Shown one piece after another: positions 27,716 to 40,481 of a DNA stretch of 64,000 nucleotides. The notes below the pieces were generated by a model. That model was given only the letters and a program-made list of their open reading frames with translations. It made no database searches and was not told where the DNA came from. Numbering within the stretch: the stretch's first letter is position 1; the number at the start of each line of letters is the position of its first letter. The stretch is taken from contig CM119371.1 of the NCBI GenBank assembly GCA_051294905.1, forward strand, positions 10,790,001 through 10,854,000. The letters run 5' to 3'. Origin of the DNA: Botryllus schlosseri (Eukaryota). Position numbers and translations under genes: made by a program.

Positions 27716-30081
27716 CAGTGTTGGGATCAAGTCACTACCTTCGAGTCATTGCATATTTTGACTCGAGTCAAGTCAAGTCAATCGATTTTCGAAGGTGACT
27801 CGAGTCAAGTCAAGTCACTTGTTTTTTGGAGGTGACTCGAGTCAAGTCAAGTCACGAGTCAAGTCACAATTCAAGTCAAGTTGCCTTTTCGAAGTATGAG
27901 GCATGGTTACGCCATTGCATTTTGCTAGCATTTTGACATACAGATCGAGTGGTCATTGATTTTGAACCGATGAACGAATATAGAGTTAAATATACACGCA
28001 AGAAGGCGCAGTATCGGTCACATATACGTATAACCAGGGTTGCCATACCGTCCTTATTTCTAAGATTTGTCCTTATTTTGAAGGGCCACGTCTTAGAAAA
28101 CTCGACTGTCCTTATTTCTAAGAAATGTCCTTATTTTCGACTTGCGTCCTTATTTTGTCTTATTTTCAACCGCTACAAAACTTCGATCGTTTTCCTCTGG
28201 TATCTATGTTGCATGTTTCATAATATTCTAAAATTAAGCTTCTTCGTCGAGATTTTATGACATCATAAATGAAAGGAACTCTCGTGACGTACACACCACA
28301 GGATTTGACTTCTAAATGGTGAGATAGCTAGGGCAGTGAGTGGGGGTACAGCAGTTTCGGCTGCACCAAGCTACCGCAGCGGACGTCATTTTAGCAGTTA
28401 TCAGCAATGCCAGGTTACTGCTGTTTGGTCCACAGCAGAATAAGCTCAAGCTGTGGGGAAAGCCGCATTTATTGCGTAGTGAAAAAAGGCGCAGTGCAGT
28501 CGACACATTGGTTAAAAAGTAGTAAAGCTATAAATCATTGATAAATTTCTCCAAATTATATTGCACTTGCGCATATAGTTTTTGCTACAAAGAAGACTAA
28601 ATCTGATTAGTGAAATATACAGGCGTAAAAACGTTTTTCATGTCGTTTATGAGAGAGAATTCAACGGTATCTAACGAAGATTGAAGGGCGAGTGTTTCGC
28701 ACATAGCAATATCTGCAATTGTGACATTAACCTGGAGGCCATAGGAGAGACCGCTACTTCATCTTACATTGATACCCCAAAACACAAGAAGTGTGTCATG
28801 ATGATTAATTTGAGCCGAGCCAGTCGATGAATAATTTTTCTACGAGCCAGTCGATGAATAATTTTTCTACAAGTCGATCAGCACCAACGACCTCAGACTA
28901 CAAGGCAGCAGCTGCAGAGGGTACCTAGGCATTCTATACTGTCAAACACCAGCAATCATTCCTCACCAACGATTACACATCGCAATTGTTCAAAGCAATA
29001 TTCTCTGATTCCAACATTGTAAATAAGTTTTCTTCGGTCAGGAACAAGACGAAAAGCATTGTTACTGGAGTTGTTGCCCCATACGCTAAAACATGATTCG
29101 TCTAAACTTGGTGTGCGGCCTTTTTCCATCTTGGTTGACGAGGTGACGAAATTTGGTTCATCACCCCAGGTGGCACCACCAACGGTATTTTTTTTTTTTT
29201 GGGGGGGGGGGGGGGGCTGACGAAGTGCTGTTTCGGCCCTAAATAAAGGTAGATCTAGAACTGAGCTGTCGCGAGATCCATGAAGCACTTTCTAATAACA
29301 GGGAGTTACTGAAACAGATTGTTTCTGGTGAAAAGTATGGAATGTGATATGCCACGGCTCGTATAAATACAGATATATGTACAAAAACGCTTTTTCATTC
29401 TAATTTAATTTTTCGACTGTCCTTATTTTTTGGTCCATGTCGATGGCAACCCTGCGTATAACTGCTAAACTACGTAAGTAATTGCATAGCCTCAGTTTCT
29501 AGTAACCAGCCAAAATAGAGAATTGAGAAACGAATTGATAAGATGCAATACATTACCCATTTACGAAATGATATGATACAATTCCAGCCTGCGCCAATGG
29601 TTCAGGACTATATAAACTATATTCGAATTCAATTTCAATAGAACAAGAGGTTTGGTTGAGGTATAGACAGAGAACAGAAATAGACCTGTTGCTATTAAAT
29701 TACTTTACTATACTAGTTTACGACAACGTAAGCTGCAAGCTTCGATCACTTCGTTTGTGGTCAATTTAATTGTGAGAGAATAATGGAGGCTCAGTTAAAC
29801 GCACGATCATTGAATGATTGGTCGCTTTCGCAGGTTACACCAGCGTTTTGCGAACAATCCGAACATATGCAAGATACCGTGATTTTTATCGAAACCGATA
29901 ACTTGATGACTTGAAATTGACTCGTGAAATTTGCTCCGAGTCACGAGTCAATCCCCATTTCTGATACGCCGAGTCAGGTCAAGTCAAGTCATTTTAGCAA
30001 AGTGACTCGAGTCAAGTCAAGTCATACGAAAAAGATGACTCGAGTCTGACACGAGTCATGACTCGAGTCATCCCAACACTG
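27716..30081. mobile_element. Non-autonomous hAT element with GACTCGAGTCAAGTCAAGTCA subterminal arrays
   Basis: TIRs CAGTGTTGGGAT / ATCCCAACACTG; perfect TSD gcattcag. Confidence 0.92.
28035..29454 (+). mobile_element. Internally deleted hAT transposon with decayed transposase
   Basis: TIRs CAGGGTTGCCAT / ATGGCAACCCTG; perfect TSD cgtataac. Remnants of a zinc finger (ICNCDINLEAIGETA...KHKK, ~28700-28795) and AAAEGT*AFYTVKHQQSF..FSDSNIVNKFSSVRNKTKSIVTGVVAPYA (~28905-29090). Confidence 0.88.
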
Positions 30082-30504
30082 GCATTCAGATATCGGATCT
30101 ATGAAGCATTGTGGTTATAATATCACGATTGTTCTGAAGCAATGATCGGCACTTCACGGACAATGACAGACACAGATAGTAGACAGATTGAGCATATCGC
30201 ACGTCTCTTGACTGATTCATGCATTAACGATTACACTACCGGTACCAAATGATGTCGCAGTCATAACCATAACACGTCTAACCAAGTGTGGAAATAATTT
30301 CATCAATAGCTAATCCGGTCTTTTACTATTCTCAAGCACATAAATCGTCAACGTCCAACGATAACTTCATTCCTATTCCATTCCATCGTTATAACCTCGG
30401 AAATACAATTCGCCAGTAGCGGTAAACAACATCCGAAGACTGCATGACATCACAATTACTCCAAGCTCAAGTGCTCACAAATCTGTCAAAGCCAGACGGC
30501 ACGG

Positions 30505-30562
30505 TAAAGTCACGTGATAATCATGCGCGGTTTGATTGGTTAATAACGCTACCACCAATCTC
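30505..30562. promoter_or_regulatory. Candidate internal promoter of the EnSpm accessory gene
   Basis: E-box GTCACGTGAT plus CCAAT boxes in both orientations (TGATTGG, CCAATC), ~200 bp inside the TIR upstream of the - strand gene. Confidence 0.3.
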
Positions 30563-33500
30563 TTTGGCCGACGATGGGAAATAGAACAATCGATCTTTTG
30601 AATTCGAGAGCGATCAGTTTTTGTACATCAAAGGTGCCGCCTCGCTATAGTGAAAAAACGGTTGGGATCTCTTCTCCCTTTCACTATCTTCGCCTAGTTC
30701 GGCATTAAATATACACAATTTTGTTGACTGGGTATTGTTTCAGGTGACCGCTTCTTCGCGCCCCCCCCCCCCAGGTTGAGAACCCCTGCTGTAGACTATG
30801 GCCACGAGCCACATTATCATGAACGACCGGAAACTGTCTGCGAGCCGCAAAAAATTACGTCGCGGGGTGGATGTGTTCCTGCCCTAGATAGTCCCGACTA
30901 CAGACTATCAGACTAATTATATAAAATAAGACTGGAAACTCGACTTCGATATTGCGCTGCGTAGCGTGAAAGTTGGTAAAATATACCTTTTGTTTTAGCG
31001 TCAGATTCAATCAATCCGGAATCAACAACGATAACAATAGAGACGCAGACATCGCAGAAAAACGCGAAGGCTCCATATCGCATATTTTTATTTGGGATGC
31101 TATCTTTGATTATCCTCGTAATAGCTAGCATAGCTTTACTATGTGCGATTCTGCTGAACCAAATGGTAAGTTGAGAGTACTGCGAGAGATTGCTGAACTA
31201 TAAATTGGATTTATCAATCTTAGAAGCATCGAAATGAAGCAAGACTAAGTGAGTCTTGCCTCGAACTTGAACGCCACGGAGTACAGGAATCTGGACTATA
31301 TAAGCTGAATTTGTTGAAGAATGGGCAGTCGTCAGAAGTGAGTACCGTAATCCGCCGTTGTATGTAATGTGTAACTGTCTTTAGGAAATGAATTCCGATT
31401 GCGAATAAATGGATCAATGAGATGGCTAATACACACATAGCAGTATAGCCAGGTCAATGCAAAAGGGTAGTTGAGAAATCATAAGTAACTTGTTCAGCAA
31501 TACCTTGACCTCATGGATGCGCTGCGAAGTAGCGCGTAAGGATTATGGCAGAATATCAAAATGCGCCATATATTGCTAGTCACAACTTATTTAAATCCCC
31601 ACAACAGGGTTCCCAACCTAAGGGTCATTCCTTCGGGGTCGTGGAGACGAAAATTAAATACAAAATACTGTAATAAAATGCCAATTAACAGGATTCTATC
31701 ACAGGCTTGTTTCTGGAACATTTAGTTCATTTTAGTAAATAGAGAAAAATACGCCATTTGAGGAATGCGATCCCGACAACCAAGGTATCGGCGCAGTTGC
31801 ACCGACTTCCTAAGGGGCGTGGTTTGTATCTGGCCATCATTATGAAGGTAAAAATGTCGGCTTCGTACAAAGCAATAGGATCAGGACGGTGTTTACTGCT
31901 TCCCCCAGTTAAACTACAAGTTACCGGTAGTGCTATGTTTCAACAGTATACACGCTAGAGGCGGCCGAATAACCCGTGCATCGCTATTTGTATTTCGTTT
32001 GACGCCAAATGTCAAGCAGCATTACTTGAATACTTCGTTTGGATATAGATATAAATTGATCCAAAAGATCTATATACGTTGCTATAGTCTTGATAGACGG
32101 AGGTTTACAAGTTCATAATTGTATCATTATTAGGCTATTAATGCGCACATAGTCACCAGTATTCCGCATGGCCAGTGAGTATGTTTGGGACATGCTGCTG
32201 ACCATTTTGTAATAATCAGTACGCCAAACTAGGTGTTGGGTTGCAGAACATTTTCAAATATGTTTTAGGGTAGGAAACTCTGCCATACAGCCACGCCGTC
32301 GTACTGGTGCTGTTTCGGCAATTTATTTTTCTGCGACCAGTGGTTTGGGATACTATCATTTCGTATAGTTCAATGAATTATTTAGGTAGTTGAACCATAA
32401 CAGTTTCGTAAATATGTCGTTGTTTAGCACAAAACAAGATATATCGATCTCGTTGCCCTATCTCGTAATGAAGAGCATCTATCTTAATGGCGAAGGTCTT
32501 CTGCGATATGGAAACTGATGGAGGGGGATGGTCTCTCGTTGCAAGCATTCACGAGACCGACATCAACGCTAAATGCTCTTTCGACGATCGTTGATCTGCG
32601 TACATACCTGATATTCATCGCTTCAAAGGTGCGTTAAAGAATCATGATGACATCACATTATCGAAGCGTAGCATATGCGTAATGAGTAGTAGAGTGACTA
32701 TGTATATTATAGATTATGTATTGAGTATGCGGTGTCCTATACTGGGAGAAAGCCGATATTCCACCGTTGCCATCCAGTTACACCACACCAGAAATGCGCC
32801 TGTGAATGTGTATTCTATCAACGTACATAATCATGTTACATGTCGATATTTTGCTTCCGTTTAACATCATAACAGACGGATATTTGCCTAAAATAACCTG
32901 TTTTTGTTCCAGGTCAATTAAACTGGGAAAACGAAATGACATTCAGACAGGCATTATTCGATGATTATAAGAGTCCTGCGTACTATGAGATGCTTGTGAG
33001 CAATGTAATATTTATGCTATCCTTTATGACGAATTTCACCTCGCAGAAAACACAATTAGTAAAGAAATCATTGTATGATAATGCCTGGAACTTCCACAGT
33101 TACTCATATCGCAAAATCCCTCTACGATAATCTGTTGTATTAGAACTGAGTATATCACATGCATCTACGTTAAGTGAGCGTTGTCGTTCTTCCTAAACCC
33201 CTAATATTTCCTGCGTTCGTCTTCATTCAGATAACGATGGTGACATAATTCGCAATTACATAGGCTGCTTACGATAAAGTTGGCGAGTGTCAATATCTGG
33301 AAGTAGGCTATCATTTATCGCGCAGATGTAGGTTTCACCAAGGTTTTCACTGCGACCGAGAATAACTTCATGATCAATTGTCTCTCGGAGCTTTATTGCT
33401 GAATCTGATATGCAATTACGAAATTGTAGTGTAAACTAGGCATTGACTTTAACGCGCGTGAATTCGTGTATCATTCGTTGGATGATACCGCATCAAACCC

Positions 33501-34189
33501 GCCCGATTTTCCGTTCATTTTAGACCATACTATAACTCTGTATTTGTCTTCCACAGTCCACGGATGTAATGATCTGGCATTCCCCATCCTACGTATCTTT
33601 GCCTGTCGCGATGAGCCATTCGCATTTACGCTATAGAACAACCAACAACTTTCTTCGAAATTATGGAGGCAACTTGAAAACTTTATTCTCGAAGCATCTC
33701 CCATTGACTAACGTATCAAGTAAGACGACGTTTATTTTAGTTTATGCTCACACTCTTTACAATTCCATTATCGTCGACGAGGCTGCTACTTAAGGTATAC
33801 ACTAAATCGTTGAATATAGTTGCACTCGTGCTATATGCCAAATATAATGGATTATAGTACTTCGATATGGTACATAAATCGTTAACAGTTTCCAGATGAC
33901 CAACTTGAATATTTGTATCTCAAGTCATGCCTGGAACTATATGCCTACTCAAAATATCACGAGGTGATAGTGTACGCCGAAAATCATATAAGGCAGTGCT
34001 TTTCAACCTTCACATTCGCACCTGCCAGCCGGAATTTTGTTTCATAAAAAATAAAATGAGGAAACTTATTACTTTTGTATTCGAAGAGCTTCTTGAAGGT
34101 ACAGAGCTCCATTATTTTACGTTCATAATATTGTATTATTGATTAATCAAGTACTAAAATCACAGAGGTAGAAAATACACAGATATCGC

Positions 34190-36401
34190 TAGGGTTGCAT
34201 TAAAAACAAACATGCTTGAAACAAGGCCCTTGTTTAAAACATTTTTTTGTTTTTTTGAAGCCATGACGTCACGAATGTTCAATTGCGACGGCATCTCGGA
34301 TTGACATTTACAATTGAAAATATAGGGTAAATAGAGCTTCTTAGGCGAAATACCTGTACTATTGCTGTTGAATCGACTATTTTGAGCAGGCTTTGGCAAA
34401 GTGCGGCCCGTGCGCCAAATGCGGCCCGCTGAGCTATCCTGTGAGACCCGCGAAAGGATGCTTGGAATTGAAAATATGAAACCTATCTTGTTAATGCTGT
34501 TGCGTCGACTAAAACCATAGGATGTATAAAATGAACCGGAAATTCGTTTACTATCAAGCCTGTTCATTAACACGCCGCGATTACGCAGACCATACGTAGC
34601 CTATACCTCACATGCCTAATCCAGATGCAAGTAAATTGAATGTAGCAAATTATGCCGTTACAATTCAAGTCACAAGAAGTCACTAAACCTACTTTATTGC
34701 CATTGTCACATTACGCATTGCACGGTATGTGTTTTAAATTGTTACGTGATGCGTTTCCAAATCCCTAATTCGTAAAACAAGTCAATCAGTGCCCGAAATT
34801 TCAATGAGTATATCACCACCCAAAATGGATGCCAAAAAAAGAAACCCGAAAGTTTAAATTCAAAGAAGATTCGGAGGGCTAAATATTTGTTTTTACCCCT
34901 CATATCAGTAGTTAGTGACCAGCACATCGCCGTGTTTAAGGAGTATAATTTAAGTCGGTTCTATGACAAAACACTAAGACCGCTCGATCAAGGGATGGTA
35001 AATTTCGGAATAACTGCAAGCTTGGCTAAACAACAAGGCCATTTCTGCAAGCTGCACACTTCTCGGAAACCAGCTACCAAGCTACCAGCTTTATAGTATT
35101 CCCAGGACCGTAACTTTCGCACCTCAAACCCCTTAATAAGGGCCGACATCGACGGGCGCCCAAAATTGTTTCGTGATTGAACATAAATTAAGGAGTATTT
35201 CATTCAAAAACTTATGCAAATTCTTTCAAATTTAGAGAGCAATGGCTTATAGAACTGGGTATTTCGGCGTCCGCCATTACCACGCCCCGACGCACCTATG
35301 CACATGAAGTTTAGGCTAACACGGGATTACGAGAATGCGCTACAATTGTAACTGCTGATCAAATTAACTAAGTAAAGGTAAAAAAGCTCAACGGCGAGAA
35401 AACCTTGGACGAAAAGGACTGTAGTTATGTGACTGAAAACCACGATGTCCAACCGTCTATGGGCAATGTTTGCCAGTGAAGAAATACCAATTGGGAATCG
35501 TGCGCGTCTTTTAGTTTGGTTCGCTTTGGCGATTTCAATATCTTTTCACATAGCAAACGGGGGGTCACGAAATACTAACTTGTAACGAAGTAATTATACC
35601 AGTGGGTCCTCGGTAATATCTGCAAGATAGCGCCTCACTCAGCTCTAGCGGTGAGACTGAATACATGGGCTGGGAAAGGATAAAAATATAGCAATATGTA
35701 TGCAATTACCAATATTATTGAACGATTGAATAAATCATGAATAAATTTCGCGCTTCGCGCGACTAGCGCTTACAGCGATGCCATATTAGTGTATAAATGA
35801 AATCTTGCTCAGAAGTAGTGTTAAAAACGTGCACCCTGACGGGGCCTGGTCTGTCAGTTTGTTAGACTGCGTCGGCCATCCCGAATATTTGTTAATCTAT
35901 TATTAGAAAAACGCGAATAGAGGTTTGAAGATAGTTCCAAATGCATCATAATAAACATTGTTTAAAAATATGACGGCAGATAAATATCTTTTTGATAATT
36001 AACCGTCACTTTTTTATCTCCCAATATCAACACATCCACTGAGCACCATTTAGTGTAATTCACTGCTTTAAATGTTAAAATAAAATCAATACGCTGGAGA
36101 ATACAGCTAAAATTTCTGACTCGGCCCGCTAACATATTTTGTGCTTCTCATTTAACCCGCAGAGAAAAATATTCGCCCACCCCTGATTTTGAGGGCTGTA
36201 ACCATCCCATATCAATATACGTCGGCTATATTGGGTGGTAATTGTCCTTAGGGTCATACAACATGTTTTTTGGAAAGTATGTACGCAATTATTCCAGAAT
36301 TTTACAACTTGAAAAAAAAGAAATTTTTAAAGGCCTTTGTTGAAAACACTGTTTAAAACATGTTTTTAACAAAAACATTGTTTGTTTCTAATGTAACCCT
36401 A
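34190..36401. mobile_element. hAT-like MITE hosting 34387-36185
   Basis: TAGGGTTGCATTAAAAACAAACA / TGTTTGTTTCTAATGTAACCCTA ends; degenerate TSD (gatatcgc / gatattat). Confidence 0.65.
34387..36185. mobile_element. Charlie/Buster-like hAT non-autonomous element
   Basis: CAGGCTTTGGCAAAGTGCGGCCCG start, GCCCACCCCTG end; perfect TSD attttgag. Confidence 0.8.
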
Positions 36402-37449
36402 GATATTATCACACTGCCGTTGTTCTTAAGGTGTTCGTTGCCTTTTTCGGGGTTATTTCCTTCGAATCTCAAAGGGCGAACCCATGAACAATATTGACTA
36501 GCAACAATAACACTTATCCACGAAATCGGCATGGTACGTTATCGTGGTGTGAATTTATTCACATTTAGAACGCAGAAAAGAGTAAAACTGCGCTTGAATC
36601 GTAGCATCAATTTTGCGAATAGCACCTTTGGTTAATTTTCTTTCAACATTTGACAAGATGCTTCAACGTACTAAGCTGTATGTTAACTGACTGGATGGTA
36701 CGGTGGGCGTTAAAAACATAAATACAGTGCTATGCAAACCCATACAATCCGAATTATTGATGACGGTTACTTGAGAATAGGCTTAGGCTTCATTCACCTC
36801 TTATCTATGCAGTAAACAAATCTACATATCTTTTACGAAGAGCGCACATACATCAGATTCATGATTAACAGACAGATATATCGGCCAGGGTTGCCAACGG
36901 CGGAATGGCTCTTAGGGCAATCGTACAATATTGACAAACTGACTGAAATATTGCCAAATTATCTTTAATGTCCCAAATATCCCTATACATAAAGAGAAAT
37001 AACTACGGATGGTGTGAACCTCTGAAGGGTTCAGGCTCGTGTGAACGCGAACCTTTGTGAAAGGTGCTGGGTAAACGCAAACACATATTGCTAATTCCAA
37101 CCCTACATTTCAGTGACGTGATAGCCTATATCAGTGGTCGGGTGGCTAGCGAGCCATATGGCTCTTTTGGGTATAAGATATGGCTCTTTAATTTTGTACT
37201 CAATTTTATCGATATTCCAGCAACTTGTTAGTAAATTTTCATAACGACCATAATAATTATTCTGGCAGCATAAACAATAAATATGTCCTTCAGAGGTCAA
37301 GAGAATCACGTAACCATGGTTAAGGCCTCGGCTCCATTTATAAAATCCTCAAATTTAAGTTGCAGTAGCGCCAGAGACCAAGTCTTTCGCGAGTTACACG
37401 AACCCGTTATCGCGAGCCGCGTAATCTGGGATTGCACTATACGTTAAAT

Positions 37450-38729
37450 CAATGGTTCCCAACGTGGGCGATATCGCCCCCCAGGGGGCGATTTGGCGGT
37501 CCAGGGGGGCGAAAATAGCGAAGGGGGCGATAGGGGGGCGAAAACGGACGAAGGGGGCGATAGGGGGCGATGGCGCGTTGAAACCGCTATATTGGAGTCT
37601 AGGACCGCAATTACCGCACCCCAAACCCCCAATTGGGATGGGAGGCCCGAGCTCGAAGGGTCCCAAAATTTGTTCATGAATTAACATGAATTAGAGTAAT
37701 ATTTGGGAAATTTATGCAACTTTTTAAAAATATTTTCGCGCTGCGCGCGATTTAGCGATGTCACATTTCTTGCTTATTGGATAACCGTCACCCAAGAAAT
37801 AATACGCATGAGATATAGAAAAAGGCATCGCTCAGCCATTACCACGCCATGACGCAGCAAGGCATATGAAATTTCAGGCCATGTAACATGCGACTTCGAG
37901 AAGTGTGCCAGAACGAGAAAACCTTGGCGGAAAAGCACTGTCTTTATGCTGACCGACTTCGATATATGTACCATATATGATACACATATATGTGTAATTG
38001 TCCATAGGCCCCTAAATCGCTGGCGCCAAATGTTCCTGTCCTGGCAATCAGAATCCCACAAGACAAATGCCATCCCGCAGAGAAAAATCAATTGTGAGTG
38101 CAGAAATAACAATTCTAAATCGTGTTCGTCTTTTAGTTCAGTACGTATGGGCGATTTGAATATCTTTTGACATAGCAGACATGCCACGAAATGCCATCAC
38201 CTAACGAAGTCTTTATACCCACGGGTCCGCCAGAATATTTTTAATTAATAATTACGGATCCTACATTTTCCAAGACACCTCACTCAGCTCTACCGGTAAA
38301 TCTGAATACATGAGCAGAGAGAGGATAAAAAATTGACAGCAATATATATGCAATTCCCCAACATATTGACCGATCCAATCATGGATGATGGAAATTTTTC
38401 GCGTTTCACGCGAATTAAGCCGACTAACTAACTAAAGAGTCCAATAGTTTTTGCTGAGAAGTAGCGGTAAAGAGGTATCGCGGGCAAAGCCCCCCCCCCC
38501 ATACGTTTGGTTTATCACCATATCGGGGCCCAAAGACACACGTTTTGGGGGCTGACGAAGTGCTGTTACGGTCCTTTTGGAGTCAAGTCGGAGAAATGAC
38601 CTTTTTTAGGTCAAATCGTCGGCGATTACAGTTTGTATGCCTATTTTTCGGTTCCCAATATTTGGGGGGCGATGATCGGTGCGGAGCTTGAAAAGGGGGC
38701 GATGAGTCGAAAAAGGTTGGGAACCACTG
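37450..38729. mobile_element. Composite hAT MITE (CAGTGGTTCCCAAC family)
   Basis: Perfect TSD cgttaaat; inner element 37600-38576 with TSD ttggagtc. Confidence 0.9.
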
Positions 38730-40481
38730 CGTTAAATGATAGAAGAGAATTGCAGATATTGGGATTCCTACCTAACAATCAAGTTTACAAATACACATTG
38801 TCTTCCTGATCCACAACGAGAATTAAACTGCCTTTGAAGTGACATTAACAATTAAAAATCCGAATTACAAACAATACTTAGCTATCCTCGTTCTTGATTC
38901 GTAAGTAGCTTTCTTGTACTGCCGTTAAAATAAAGGCTGGTGTGTTGTGCAACGTTCATGTTACCGCTTAATAATTTGAGAATTCAGAAGTCGATCATTT
39001 TTTTTGATGAACCCAGTCATATCATATTTATTTCAGAAAGAATTGCAATACATACAAATGTAAAAGTAAAATAGAATATGTAATATTAAAAACAAAATCT
39101 CACTCACACTTTCTCAGCATACAAACGCATGAAAGGGAACAGACGCAATAAATATTCAATTCACTCTCACATTCATACTCAAACTCCCACTCGTGTATCG
39201 CAATTTTCCTTCATTCTGGTCCGACATCCTCGCTCTTGGTTCCGTCATCATTACCATCATTCCCCGCCAGTTTGGTCTCCTTTGTTTTGATCCTCGTCGT
39301 CATCGCTGTTGTTTCATCGCTCTTCTCGTCATGTTTCTTTTACCAAACGCATTTTGTCATTGTGTTGGTTCGTTTTCATCCCCGATAAAGGCTAGTTCAT
39401 ATCGGACTGGTTGTTCCTCAAGTGTATTTCTAAAGAATTTTTTCCTTTTAACTTATCCTTTCAATGTTTTTGTCGTCATTTGTTTGATTTTCTCGAACGA
39501 GTTGGTTATGACTTTGTTGGCTTTGTCCAGCGTAAATTTCTGTTTCATTATTCCTTTCTCGATTATACTAAGAACCGTCTAATCTTCAGATCCCTCTAAA
39601 CCTTTGTTATAAAAGATGTGGTCTTTTCGGAGATAATTAGTTCTCAGTTGTCTTCTGAAATTATTATATAGCTTTCTTGTGAATTGGCATTTAGTAAGAT
39701 GTGATCTAAATTATCTTCTTTCTGCTGACAGAATTTGCAGTTCGTATTCATTCTTCCTTGTGTCCCTATGTTGAATAAATTTAGTCTTCTTTTGTCATCT
39801 CCTAGGAATTATCCTTTCAGAGCCACTGTTATATTTATGATTCTTTCTTGATTTGTGATCTCGTTATTGCAAGCTTTATCCACGGTAATTTTTTCGCAAT
39901 CTTTCGGGTTTGCTGTGGGCAAAGTCTTACTTGCTGTTGACTCTTTCTTCTTCTTAATTTCTTTATATATATATATCTATGGGTGGCTTTCGCCCATGAT
40001 TCATCTGTCCAGTTCATTTTATTCGCCACCTCTATTATATTTTCCCATTCTTGTGTGATGGTTTCTTTATGTGGCGAAGAGTTATTATATAATTTTCGGT
40101 TTATTTTGAGTATTTTTGATTCTAGTTGGTAAATTGCCTCATGATGCCAAAGTTCAGTTGGCTCTTCCATTGTTTTTAGGATCTTGAATTTTTCCATTTT
40201 ACACGCTTCGAATTTACTTTTGATGCACGGTATCTTCAATTTTCCCATGATTTCAGAAGATATCGGATGTGATCTTTTTATCGCTTCCATTTGTTCCGGA
40301 TACCAGATAAATTTGAAAAACATGTTGTTCATTCTATCTATTTTTTTCTTCGGAGCTTCTCTTATTCTAGCATTGTATATTATTTTTGTTGCTGCCAAAC
40401 TTTGGAGTAATATTTCTTCTCCAAACCATGTTAGTTTTCTTTCCTTGTGCATGTGGATGAGTCTATTGATTTGTTCTATTT

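Larger units (their letters stand above)
24753..30732 (-). mobile_element. EnSpm/CACTA (CMC)-type element lacking transposase
   Basis: Perfect 15-bp TIR CCCAGTCAACAAAAT / ATTTTGTTGACTGGG, flanked by TA on both sides (2-bp TSD, CCC-starting TIR as in animal EnSpm). Encloses a DUF4806-like accessory gene. Confidence 0.8.
24656..30788. mobile_element. hAT MITE hosting the EnSpm element
   Basis: CAGTGGTTCTCAA / TTGAGAACCCCTG ends; perfect TSD ctgtagac at 24648-24655 and 30789-30796. Confidence 0.9.

Noticed and set aside
27740..27890. Regular GACTCGAGTCAAGTCAAGTCA repeats resembling a CRISPR array
   Set aside because: Subterminal repeats of a hAT element, also present at its other end; eukaryotic context, no unique spacers or cas genes.
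30142..30503. Candidate first exons of the intelectin gene
   Set aside because: Phase-compatible but located inside the EnSpm element, with weak splice sites and no homology support.
32592..32594. Selenocysteine or alternative genetic code explanation for the TGA
   Set aside because: The homologous residue is Trp, not Cys; other Trp codons are TGG, and TGA terminates this same gene at 53983-53985.
35835..35887. tRNA A-box-like GGATGGCCGACGCAGTCTAA on the minus strand
   Set aside because: No B-box or cloverleaf; at best a SINE head remnant.
37394..37687. Overlapping Pro/Gly-rich ORFs (also 8500-8940, 9473-9708, 42293-42677)
   Set aside because: Artefacts of GC-rich MITE termini.
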